The notes under the pieces: model-generated
Database searches by the model: none
Told to the model about the DNA's origin: nothing
Seen by the model: only the letters and a program-made list of their open reading frames with translations
Translations under genes and position numbers: made by a program
In this document: piece after piece, positions 46,363 to 54,701 of the stretch
Numbering within the stretch: position 1 is the first letter of the stretch
Layout: the number at the start of each line of letters is the position of its first letter
Assembly: GCA_036507635.1 (NCBI GenBank)
Contig: DATCIQ010000327.1
Span: 19,008 to 83,007, forward strand
Source: Gammaproteobacteria bacterium
GTDB lineage: Bacteria > Pseudomonadota > Gammaproteobacteria > Steroidobacterales > Rariloculaceae
DNA: 64,000 bases
Direction: 5' to 3'

Positions 46363-49039
46363 GCCGCTCGTCCTCGTCGACGGGTCGTCGTACCTGTATC
46401 GCGCCTTTCACGTACCGAACCTGCAAAAGCTCAGCAACTCCGCCGGAACCCCGACGGGCGCCGTGCATGGGATTCTCAACATGGTCAACCGGCTCCTGAC
46501 CGACTTCGATCCGGAGCGAATTGCCGTGGTATTCGACGCGCCCGGAAAGACGTTTCGCGACGACCTCTACTCCGACTACAAGGCGAACCGCCCTGCCATG
46601 CCGGACGAGCTGCGAGTGCAGATCGAACCCTCCGTCGAGGCCATCGAAGCGTTAGGAATCCCCGTGCTCAGGATCCCCGGTGTCGAGGCCGATGACGTCA
46701 TCGGCACGCTCGCCGCCGAGGCGTGCACACGCGGCTTCAAGACGATCATCTCAACGACCGACAAAGACATGACCCAGCTCGTGAACGAGAAGGTCGAGCT
46801 GCTCAATACCATGGACGACCGGAGCTTGGATACCGATGGCGTGCGCGCGAGATACGGTGTCGGGCCGGAACAGATGGTCGACTTTCTCACGCTCGTCGGC
46901 GACAGCTCGGACAACATTCCGGGAATTCCCGGCGTCGGCCCGAAAACGGCGGCTAAGTGGCTCACCGAATACGGAACGCTCGATAACTTGCTGCTGCATG
47001 CCGGGGAAATCGGCGGCAAAGTCGGCGAAAGCCTGCGCGCGACCGTTCCGGATCTCCCGCTCTACAAAGTTCTCGTGACGATCAAGCGCGACGTCGAGCT
47101 GCCCATCGATCTCGGCGATTTGACGCGCAAGAGCACCGACGAGAATCGCTTGCGTGCCGTGCTCGAGCCTCTCGAGATGTACTCGTTCCTACGGCGGCAT
47201 GCGGCGCGGCCGCCCTCGCAAAAGGAGATCTCGCGCAATTACGAGACCGTGCTGACCGAAGGCCAACTGCGCCGTTGGCTCGAGAGGATAGGGGCCGCCG
47301 AGCTCACGGCCATCGATACCGAGACGACGAGCTTGAACTACATGCAGGCGGAGCTCGTCGGTATCTCTTTGTGCGTCACGCCCGGCGATGCGGCCTACAT
47401 TCCGGTCGCCCACTCCTATCCGGGCGCGCCGGACCAATTGTCGCGCGACGTCGTGCTCGAGCGGCTCAAACCGTGGCTCGAGGACGCGGCCCGTCACAAG
47501 GTTGGCCATCATTTCAAATACGATGCGCATATATTCCGCAATTACGGCATCGTCTTGGCAGGCGTGACCCACGATTCGATGCTCGAGTCGTATGTGCTCA
47601 ATTCGACGGCCAGCCGCCACGACATGGATTCGCTCGCCGCCAAGTATCTCGACTTGCAGACGACCAAATACGAAGACGTCACCGGCAAAGGCTTGAAGCA
47701 ACTGCGCTTCGACGAGGTCGAGGTCGCGACAGCCGCGGCGTATGCGGCCGAGGACGCCGATGTCACGATGCGGCTGCACGCGCGACTTTGGCCAGAGCTC
47801 AACGCCGTACCGGAGCTCGAGCGTCTCTACAACGAGCTCGAGTGCCCGCTCGTCGAGGTGCTGCGCAAGATGGAGTACACGGGCGTTATGGTCGATGCCG
47901 CCATGCTCGCGCGACAAAGTCGCGAGCTGGCCGAGGCGATGCTCGCGGCGGAGCATGCCGCGTACAAGGCGGCGCAAGGTCCCTTCAACATAGGCTCGCC
48001 GAAACAGCTTCAGGAAGTGCTCTACGACCGGCTCGGCTTACCGATGCTCGGCAAGACGCCGAAAGGCCAGCCGTCGACGGCCGAAAACGTGCTTCAAGAG
48101 CTCGCCGAAGACTATGAGTTGCCGCGCGCAGTGCTCGAGTACCGCGCGCTCGCCAAGCTCAAGTCGACGTATACGGACAAGCTGCCGCGCGAGATCAATC
48201 CGCGCACCGGGCGAATCCACACCTCTTATCACCAAGCCGTGGCCGCGACCGGCAGATTGTCGTCGTCGGATCCCAATTTGCAAAACATCCCGATTCGTCG
48301 ACCCGAGGGACGTCGCATCCGGCAGGCTTTCATCGCGGCGCCCGGGTACCGATTGATCGCGGCAGACTACTCGCAGATCGAGCTCAGAATCATGGCGCAT
48401 TTGTCCGAAGACGCGAGTTTGCTGCAAGCATTTCGCGACGAGCTCGACATTCATCGCGCCACGGCGGCGGAGGTTTTCGGCGTCGATCATGACGCGGTCA
48501 CGGCCGACCAGAGGCGCTCGGCGAAGGCCATCAACTTCGGCCTGATCTACGGCATGTCGGCCTTCGGTCTCGCGCGCGAGCTCAAGATCGAGCGCGCCGA
48601 AGCGCAAGCTTACGTCGACCTCTATTTCCAGCGCTATCCCGGCGTCCGGAGCTTCATGGAACGCACACGGCAGCTTGCCCACGAGCAAGGCTATGTCTCG
48701 ACGGTATACGGCCGCAGGCTTTACCTGCCCGAGATCAATGCGCGCAACGCGCAGCGCCGTCAGTACGCCGAGCGCAGCGCCATCAACGCGCCCATGCAGG
48801 GCACGGCAGCCGACATCATCAAGCGCGCGATGCTCGCCGTGGATGCCTGGCTCGCACGCGAGGGAGTCGATGGGCGGCTGATCATGCAGGTGCATGACGA
48901 GCTCGTCCTCGAGATCGAAGCTTCGCAAGCGAGTGTTGCAGCGCGGGAGCTCGCCGCGATCATGGAAAGGTCGGCGGATCTCACGGTGCCGCTCAAAGTG
49001 GAGGCGGGCATCGGCGGCAATTGGGACGAGGCGCATTGA
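46352..49039 (+). CDS. polA: DNA polymerase I
   Basis: 895 aa with a 5'-nuclease domain (LVDGSSYLYRAFH), a 3'-5' exonuclease domain and a polymerase domain (DYSQIELRIMAH, QVHDELV). Confidence 0.97.
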   Translation: MSAKPLVLVDGSSYLYRAFHVPNLQKLSNSAGTPTGAVHGILNMVNRLLTDFDPERIAVVFDAPGKTFRDDLYSDYKANRPAMPDELRVQIEPSVEAIEALGIPVLRIPGVEADDVIGTLAAEACTRGFKTIISTTDKDMTQLVNEKVELLNTMDDRSLDTDGVRARYGVGPEQMVDFLTLVGDSSDNIPGIPGVGPKTAAKWLTEYGTLDNLLLHAGEIGGKVGESLRATVPDLPLYKVLVTIKRDVELPIDLGDLTRKSTDENRLRAVLEPLEMYSFLRRHAARPPSQKEISRNYETVLTEGQLRRWLERIGAAELTAIDTETTSLNYMQAELVGISLCVTPGDAAYIPVAHSYPGAPDQLSRDVVLERLKPWLEDAARHKVGHHFKYDAHIFRNYGIVLAGVTHDSMLESYVLNSTASRHDMDSLAAKYLDLQTTKYEDVTGKGLKQLRFDEVEVATAAAYAAEDADVTMRLHARLWPELNAVPELERLYNELECPLVEVLRKMEYTGVMVDAAMLARQSRELAEAMLAAEHAAYKAAQGPFNIGSPKQLQEVLYDRLGLPMLGKTPKGQPSTAENVLQELAEDYELPRAVLEYRALAKLKSTYTDKLPREINPRTGRIHTSYHQAVAATGRLSSSDPNLQNIPIRRPEGRRIRQAFIAAPGYRLIAADYSQIELRIMAHLSEDASLLQAFRDELDIHRATAAEVFGVDHDAVTADQRRSAKAINFGLIYGMSAFGLARELKIERAEAQAYVDLYFQRYPGVRSFMERTRQLAHEQGYVSTVYGRRLYLPEINARNAQRRQYAERSAINAPMQGTAADIIKRAMLAVDAWLAREGVDGRLIMQVHDELVLEIEASQASVAARELAAIMERSADLTVPLKVEAGIGGNWDEAH

Positions 49040-49043
49040 ATCC

Positions 49044-49071
49044 GGAACTTTTCCGCCGGAAGGCCGCCTAA
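49044..49071 (+). promoter_or_regulatory. Candidate sigma-E/AlgU-type promoter
   Basis: GGAACTT (49044-49050), then N16, then CCTAA (49067-49071). Compare the consensus GGAACTT-N16-TCnAA. It starts 5 nt after the polA stop. Confidence 0.35.
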
Positions 49072-49077
49072 TGCGTC

Positions 49078-49199
49078 AGGTGCCCAGTGATTGGGCACCC
49101 CCGCTATTCCTCCCTGAAGCGGGATGGATCCCGGTTACCCCGCCGGGATTCGCCTGCCCCGGGCGCGTCCCCTAAACCCGCGCCCGGGGTTTCTTTTTT
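49078..49199 (+). ncRNA. Candidate small RNA in the polA-engB spacer (Spot 42/ErsA position)
   Basis: Four consecutive perfect hairpins are present. The first is GGTGCCCA/TGGGCACC (49079-49099). The second is CCCGCT/AGCGGG (49100-49123), with the loop ATTCCTCCCTGA. The third is ATCCCGG/CCGGGAT (49128-49149). The fourth is an 11-bp GC stem followed by a T-run (49157-49199). No ORF is present. The 5' end is inferred from the candidate promoter. Confidence 0.45.
49157..49199 (+). terminator. Rho-independent terminator
   Basis: The stem is CCCCGGGCGCG paired with CGCGCCCGGGG, with an 11-nt loop, followed by TTTCTTTTTT. Confidence 0.8.
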
Positions 49200-49209
49200 C
49201 GCGCACGCT

Positions 49210-49791
49210 TCACGTCGGCTGTAATTGCAGCCAAGCTTCGACGCGCCCCCGCGCTTCGGCGACGCCTTGCTTCGTCAGTGCCGAGAACGCGACGCACTCG
49301 AGACCCGCGAGATCGCGCTCGATGTGCCGTTGGCACGCGGTGGCCGCGCTTCGGCCGAGCTTGTCGATCTTGGTCAACAGCAACAGAATTGGAATGTCGA
49401 GTGCCTGCGCGAACGCGATCATCGCCGCATCGAGATCCCCGGGGCCGCGGCGGATGTCGATCGTGATGACGAGGCCCGCGAGCGACTCCCGCCTGCGAAA
49501 ATAGTCTTCGATGAGGCTTTGCCAATGTCGTTGCGCCGCCCGCGGTGCGCGGGCAAACCCGTAACCCGGCAGATCGACAAGACGCCGGCCCGCGGCCACC
49601 TCAAAAAAATTGATGAGCTGTGTGCGCCCCGGAGTCTTGCTGACACGCGCAAGCTTGAGTCTGCCTGCGATGCAATTGACGGCTGTCGATTTACCCGAAT
49701 TCGAGCGCCCGCTGAATGCGACCTCGAAATCCTCGTCGCGCGGAAAATCGCCGTAGTGCGCTGCGCTCTTGAGGAAAACCGGGGCAAACAC
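49210..49791 (-). CDS. engB: Ribosome biogenesis GTPase EngB/YihA
   Basis: G1 is GRSNSGKST, followed by DLPGYG and TKIDK. Confidence 0.92.
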   Translation of the reverse strand: MFAPVFLKSAAHYGDFPRDEDFEVAFSGRSNSGKSTAVNCIAGRLKLARVSKTPGRTQLINFFEVAAGRRLVDLPGYGFARAPRAAQRHWQSLIEDYFRRRESLAGLVITIDIRRGPGDLDAAMIAFAQALDIPILLLLTKIDKLGRSAATACQRHIERDLAGLECVAFSALTKQGVAEARGRVEAWLQLQPT

Positions 49792-49896
49792 CGCTCTACT
49801 TCGCAGTAGGCATCGCTGCTAAAGGCTGGGGGCTTTAGTGTACAATCGGGCGCGCTTTTGCGTGGAGGAATGTTGGAATTGCGCGTGCACGAGACG

Positions 49897-50532
49897 ATGT
49901 GTTCCCCGACCCGGCTCGACCGGCGTGCACCGGGGCTTTTTGTGCTGTTGCTCGGTATGCTCGCTGCTCCGCTCACGGCGGCCCAGACAGGCTCCGTCGA
50001 GGCGGGCCAAGCGAAGTCGATGATCTGCGGATCGTGCCACGGTGTCGATGGCAACAGCGTCACCCCCGAGTGGCCGAGCCTCGCAGGCCAGCACGCAAGC
50101 TATATCGTCAAGCAGCTCGAAGCCTACCGTGCCGGCGAGCGCGAGGACGTTGGCATGCAGCAATACACATCGATGCTGTCCGAACAGGATATGTACGACC
50201 TCGCTGCCTACTATTCCGCGCAGACGCCGCGCCCCAACGGCGCCGACCCCGAGCTCGTAAGCCTCGGCGAAGACATCTACCGCGGCGGTCTTCCCGACCG
50301 GTCGATACCGGCATGCATCGCGTGCCACGGCCCGAGAGGCTTAGGTAACCCGCTCGCGGCCTATCCGCGCGTCAGCGCGCAACACGCGACGTATACGCTC
50401 AATACGCTGCGAGCTTACAGTGCGGGCGAGCGGCGCTCGGATGGCGAGCCCCAGACTATGCGCAACGTCGCCGAGCTGTTGCAGGAAAACGAGATGCGCG
50501 CGGTCGCAAGCTACGTCCAAGGCTTATACTGA
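49897..50532 (+). CDS. cc4: Di-heme cytochrome c4
   Basis: Two CxxCH motifs are present (CGSCHG and CIACHG), each followed by a Met-ligand region. The signal peptide reads LFVLLLGMLAAPLTAAQ. The start is uncertain: ATG 49870 or TTG 49858 are also possible. Confidence 0.88.
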   Translation: MCSPTRLDRRAPGLFVLLLGMLAAPLTAAQTGSVEAGQAKSMICGSCHGVDGNSVTPEWPSLAGQHASYIVKQLEAYRAGEREDVGMQQYTSMLSEQDMYDLAAYYSAQTPRPNGADPELVSLGEDIYRGGLPDRSIPACIACHGPRGLGNPLAAYPRVSAQHATYTLNTLRAYSAGERRSDGEPQTMRNVAELLQENEMRAVASYVQGLY

Positions 50533-50553
50533 TGGATTAGCGGAGCTGTTGAC

Positions 50554-51360
50554 GTGAAACTACGAATCCTGTTGACGGTCGCAGTGCTTGTTTCAGCCGG
50601 CTGCGGCGACGATCAGTCGACGGCGCCGCCGGCACCGGCCGTCGATGATTCACCCGAGGCGGCGGCTCAGGCGCCCGAGGCAGCTCCGGCCGTTGCTGCA
50701 ACGCAACCCGCCGCGGTACCCCCGCCCGCCACGACGTTGCCCGCAGCCAGCGTGCCTGCACAGCGGGACTCGAGCACCGATGCATTGGCCGCGTTGGGCT
50801 ACCAGGCCGGCGTCCACTACCAACGCCTGTCGCCGACCCAGCCGACGAGCTCCAGTCCGGATCAAGTCGAGGTCGCGGAATTCTTCATGTACAGCTGTGT
50901 ACACTGCTACAACTTCGAGCCGTATGTGCAGCAGTGGCTGACCCGGAAGCCCGCGTACATCAACTTCATTCGCGTGCCGACGGTGTGGAACCCGCTTGTG
51001 CGGCTGCACGGACAAGCATTCTACGCGGCCGAGGCTCTCGGTAAGGGCGCCGAGATGCACACGCCGTTTTTTCGCGAGATGCACGTGACCGGCAATCTCC
51101 TGCAAACGCAGGAAGACATAGCGGAGTTCTTCTCCCGTTTCGACGTCGATGAGCAGGCGTTCGAAGGCGCTTTCAACTCATTCGCCGTGCACACGAAAGT
51201 GCAGCGCGCCGATGAGCTGACGCGACGCTACCGCGTCGAGGCCACTCCTTCCGTCGTCGTCAACGGCAAGTACGTTACGACCGCATCGATGGCCGGCGGC
51301 TTCGAGCAGCTCGTCGAACTCATCGACGCGCTCGCACAATCCGAGCGGCCGCTCAACTAG
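50554..51360 (+). CDS. dsbA: Thiol:disulfide oxidoreductase DsbA, lipoprotein form with long Pro/Ala linker
   Basis: The lipobox LVSAGC is followed by about 60 aa of Pro/Ala-rich sequence, then the DsbA fold with active site FFMYSCVHCYNFEP and a cis-Pro region (VEATPSVVVNGKY). Confidence 0.88.
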   Translation: MKLRILLTVAVLVSAGCGDDQSTAPPAPAVDDSPEAAAQAPEAAPAVAATQPAAVPPPATTLPAASVPAQRDSSTDALAALGYQAGVHYQRLSPTQPTSSSPDQVEVAEFFMYSCVHCYNFEPYVQQWLTRKPAYINFIRVPTVWNPLVRLHGQAFYAAEALGKGAEMHTPFFREMHVTGNLLQTQEDIAEFFSRFDVDEQAFEGAFNSFAVHTKVQRADELTRRYRVEATPSVVVNGKYVTTASMAGGFEQLVELIDALAQSERPLN

Positions 51361-51376
51361 CACACCTCCGCGGCGA

Positions 51377-52525
51377 TCAGAGCGCCTTGAGCTTCGCGCC
51401 CGCAGCGTCGAGCGTCCGCGACTCCTTGGCGAAACAGAACCGCACCAGCCGATCGGCCGGCGGATCCGCATAGAAGACCGAGATCGGGATCGTCGCGACG
51501 CCGTGGGTCGTCGTGAGCCATCTGGCGAACTCGACGTCGCCGCGATCGGAGATCGCCGTAAAGTCGGCTAGCTGGAAGTACGTGCCGCGCGCCGGTAACA
51601 GCTTGAATCTCGAATCGGCCAAGAGCGCTCCGAAGTAATCGCGTCTCTCTTGATAGAACTGCGGCAGCGCACGATAGTGCTCCGGCGCCTCCACAAGGTA
51701 GTCCGCAAAGGCGAATTGCAGCGGAGTGGCCGTCGCGAAGGTCACGTATTGATGGACGCGGCGTAATTCTTGAGATAGGTCCGCGGGTGCCACGCAATAG
51801 CCGACCTTCCAGCCCGTCGCGTGACATGTTTTTCCCAAGGAAAATATCGCGAACGTGCGGCGCGCGAGCTCCGCATGCGCGAGCGCGCTCGCGTGGGCGA
51901 TGCCGTCGAACACGATGTGCTCGTACACTTCGTCGCTCAAGACCAGGCAATCGTGTGGACGCAGGAGCTCCGCGAGCTGATCGAGATCCGCGGCGGAAAG
52001 CACGGTGCCCGTCGGGTTGTGCGGCGAGTTGATGATGAGGAGCCGTGTTTTTGGGCCCAAGTTGCCGGCGATACGTTCCCAATCCATCGCGAACTGAGGC
52101 GCACGCAGCGGCACGTGAATCGTGCGCCCACCGGCCAACGTGATGGACGGCTCATAGGAATCGTAGGCGGGATCGAGCACGATCACGTCGTCGCCGGGCC
52201 TGACCACCGCCTGAATCGCGCAAAAAATCGCTTCCGTGGCGCCGCTCGTGATCGTGATCTCGCTGTCCGGATTGGGGCGCGCGCCGTAAAGCGTCTCGAT
52301 CTTGAGAGCCACGGCCTCGCGCAAGCTGAGCACGCCGGTCATGGGCGCGTATTGGTTGCGGCCGTTACGAAGGTGGTAGCTTACGAGCTCCTGGAGACGC
52401 TCGGGAGGCTGGAAATCCGGGAACCCTTGGGAGAGATTGATGGCCCCGTGCTGCTCCGCAAGCCGGCTCATCACCGTGAAGATGGTCGTGCCTGCATTCG
52501 GCAGCTTGCTTCCGACCGGCTTCAT
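51377..52525 (-). CDS. Class I PLP aminotransferase (YbdL/methionine aminotransferase-like)
   Basis: 382 aa with INLSQGFPDF, NSPHNPTG and SLGKT, which carries the PLP lysine. Confidence 0.88.
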   Translation of the reverse strand: MKPVGSKLPNAGTTIFTVMSRLAEQHGAINLSQGFPDFQPPERLQELVSYHLRNGRNQYAPMTGVLSLREAVALKIETLYGARPNPDSEITITSGATEAIFCAIQAVVRPGDDVIVLDPAYDSYEPSITLAGGRTIHVPLRAPQFAMDWERIAGNLGPKTRLLIINSPHNPTGTVLSAADLDQLAELLRPHDCLVLSDEVYEHIVFDGIAHASALAHAELARRTFAIFSLGKTCHATGWKVGYCVAPADLSQELRRVHQYVTFATATPLQFAFADYLVEAPEHYRALPQFYQERRDYFGALLADSRFKLLPARGTYFQLADFTAISDRGDVEFARWLTTTHGVATIPISVFYADPPADRLVRFCFAKESRTLDAAGAKLKAL

Positions 52526-52543
52526 TGATCGGATACGCTCATC

Positions 52544-52756
52544 ATGCTCGCGAAGACGCTCATTGCCCTAGGAATTGCGCTTGTCGTGCTCGGCGTCGTC
52601 CTCAAGTACGCGCCGGGCTTGCTCGCATGGTTCGGCCGGCTGCCGGGCGACATCGCCATCACGCGCGGCAACTCCAGGGTCTTCATTCCCGTGACGTCCA
52701 TGATCATCGTGAGCTTGCTCCTGACGATCATCGTAAATCTGTTCTTTCGGCGCTGA
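52544..52756 (+). CDS. DUF2905-like small membrane protein
   Basis: 70 aa with two TM helices flanking GRLPGDIAITRGNSRVFIPV, which is characteristic of DUF2905. Confidence 0.7.
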   Translation: MLAKTLIALGIALVVLGVVLKYAPGLLAWFGRLPGDIAITRGNSRVFIPVTSMIIVSLLLTIIVNLFFRR

Positions 52757-52774
52757 TGGGCGCTCGAGTCTGCG

Positions 52775-54697
52775 TCACGGCCTCGAGGCGACGCGGTAGA
52801 TAGCCGCCGCGATCACGGCGATCACGAGCAGCCCGACGACCGCGGGCAAATCGAACGGTAGCGCAATCACGTCCGGGTTCTCGGTGAGGACGATGGGCAC
52901 GGCCATGAAGATGCCGATCAATGCCTCGCCCGCAATCAAGCCGGCCGCGAACAAGACGCCATTGCGCCGCCCGGTCCCGTCGCCGTCCGCGCCACGCCGG
53001 CGCCGTGCGCGCGCGGCAAAATGCGCGACCAAGCCACCCGCGAAAATGGGACCGGCGAGCTCGAGCGGCAGATAGATGCCCACGGCGACAGCCAGCACCG
53101 GCGCACGCCAAGCGGCTCTGGAGATCCTCAAGTACTCGTCGAGCGCGATGATGACGATGCCGATCGCGGCGCCGCAGCCGATCATGAGCCATGGCAGCTC
53201 CGCCCCCAAAACCCCCTGCGCGACCGATGCCATGAGCGCGGCCTGCGGGGCAAGCAGAGCGTCCGGTTGCTCGGGCGTCGGCGTCCCGATGCCGTAAGCC
53301 ATCAACAGCAAATTCAGAATCGGGGCCATAACGGTGACGGCCGCGACGACGCCGAGAACTTGGCCGAGCTGCTGCCGCCATGGCGTCGCGCCGAGCAGGT
53401 AGCCGGCCTTCAAGTCTTGCAGCGTGTCGCCGCCGATCGCGGCAGCGCAGCATACGACCGCACCCACCATGATCGCCGCCGCCGCGCCCGTCGCCTGCTC
53501 CGCGCCGACCAGCAACATGAGGAGCGACGATAACAGGATCGTCGCAATGGCGATCCCCGAAACCGGGTTGTTCGACGAGCCGACGAGCCCGGTCATGTAA
53601 CCGGAGACCGATGAGAACAGGAAACCGGTGATCACCATGACGATCGACAGCGCCAGAGCCACGCCGACCGTGCCGACGATGATGTAGTAGAGCGCAGAGA
53701 TCGGCACGACGAACAGCACGATGCCGGATAGCACGAGACGCATCGGAGCATCGTGGTCAGTATGGTCGTAACCGCGGCTGCCGGCGGCCGGGCGACGCTC
53801 CAAGCCGCTGCGTACCCCCGACCATAGCGTGCCGCGCATCGAGATCAAGGCCCAGACGCCGCCGACGAGCATGGCGCCGACACCGAGGTAGCGAATTTCC
53901 GCGCTCCAGATGGCGAACGCCAGATCCGCGGCCGGGACGCCGGCCGCGAGCTCGGCCGCCAACGCCGGATTTCCGGACAGGAACAGCGTCGAATAGATGG
54001 GTATCGCGACGTGCCAGGAAATGACGCCGCCGAAAAATACCAGGCACGCGATGTTGAGCCCGACGATGTAGCCGACACCGAGCAACGCGGGGGAAAGATT
54101 GGTGCCGACGTACGCGATCGTGCTCTGACCTAGGTATCCAGCCGCTTGCGCGGTACCGCCCCAGAGTCGCAAGCCGGTCTCCGCGAGCTTCGTGACCGAG
54201 CCGACGACGGCCGCCCCGAGGAGCAGCGTGAGGCCGCGACCCGACGAGCCGGCCAACAGCACCTCGGCAGTCGCCGTTCCTTCGGGGAAGGCGAGCTTTT
54301 GCTCGACGATGAGCGAGCGCCGCAATGGGATCGTGAACAGCACGCCGAGAAGTCCGCCGAGCCCCGCGATCAGCGTCACCCAAACGTAGTCAAACATCTC
54401 CCAGTAGTTGAGCATGACGAGCGCGGGCATCGTGAAAATGACGCCCGCCGCGAGCGACTCGCCGGCCGAGGCGGTCGTTTGCACCATGTTGTTCTCGAGA
54501 ATGTTCGAGTCTCTGAAGAGCTTGAGGACCGCCATCGAAACGACGGCCGCCGGGATCGACGCCGCCACCGTGATCCCCGCGAACATGCCGAGATAGGCGT
54601 TCGCTCCGGCGAGAATTGCCGAGAGTATGATCCCGAGCAGCAGCGCTCGGACCGTGAGTTGTGGTGGCGGCACGCCCGAGCCGGAAAACTCGCCCAA
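52775..54697 (-). CDS. OPT family oligopeptide transporter
   Basis: 640-aa polytopic protein. Sequences include TVRALLLGIILSAILAGANAYLGMFAGITVAASIPAAV, TTASAGESLA and GDTLQDLKAGYLLGATP. Confidence 0.9.
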   Translation of the reverse strand: MGEFSGSGVPPPQLTVRALLLGIILSAILAGANAYLGMFAGITVAASIPAAVVSMAVLKLFRDSNILENNMVQTTASAGESLAAGVIFTMPALVMLNYWEMFDYVWVTLIAGLGGLLGVLFTIPLRRSLIVEQKLAFPEGTATAEVLLAGSSGRGLTLLLGAAVVGSVTKLAETGLRLWGGTAQAAGYLGQSTIAYVGTNLSPALLGVGYIVGLNIACLVFFGGVISWHVAIPIYSTLFLSGNPALAAELAAGVPAADLAFAIWSAEIRYLGVGAMLVGGVWALISMRGTLWSGVRSGLERRPAAGSRGYDHTDHDAPMRLVLSGIVLFVVPISALYYIIVGTVGVALALSIVMVITGFLFSSVSGYMTGLVGSSNNPVSGIAIATILLSSLLMLLVGAEQATGAAAAIMVGAVVCCAAAIGGDTLQDLKAGYLLGATPWRQQLGQVLGVVAAVTVMAPILNLLLMAYGIGTPTPEQPDALLAPQAALMASVAQGVLGAELPWLMIGCGAAIGIVIIALDEYLRISRAAWRAPVLAVAVGIYLPLELAGPIFAGGLVAHFAARARRRRGADGDGTGRRNGVLFAAGLIAGEALIGIFMAVPIVLTENPDVIALPFDLPAVVGLLVIAVIAAAIYRVASRP

Positions 54698-54701
54698 GTC
54701 G

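Noticed and set aside
44453-46468. 671-aa ORF on the minus strand, the longest non-annotated ORF in the window
   Set aside because: It lies entirely antisense to argB, argH and the polA start, all of which have unambiguous signatures. The translation is Arg/Gly/Glu-rich with no motif.
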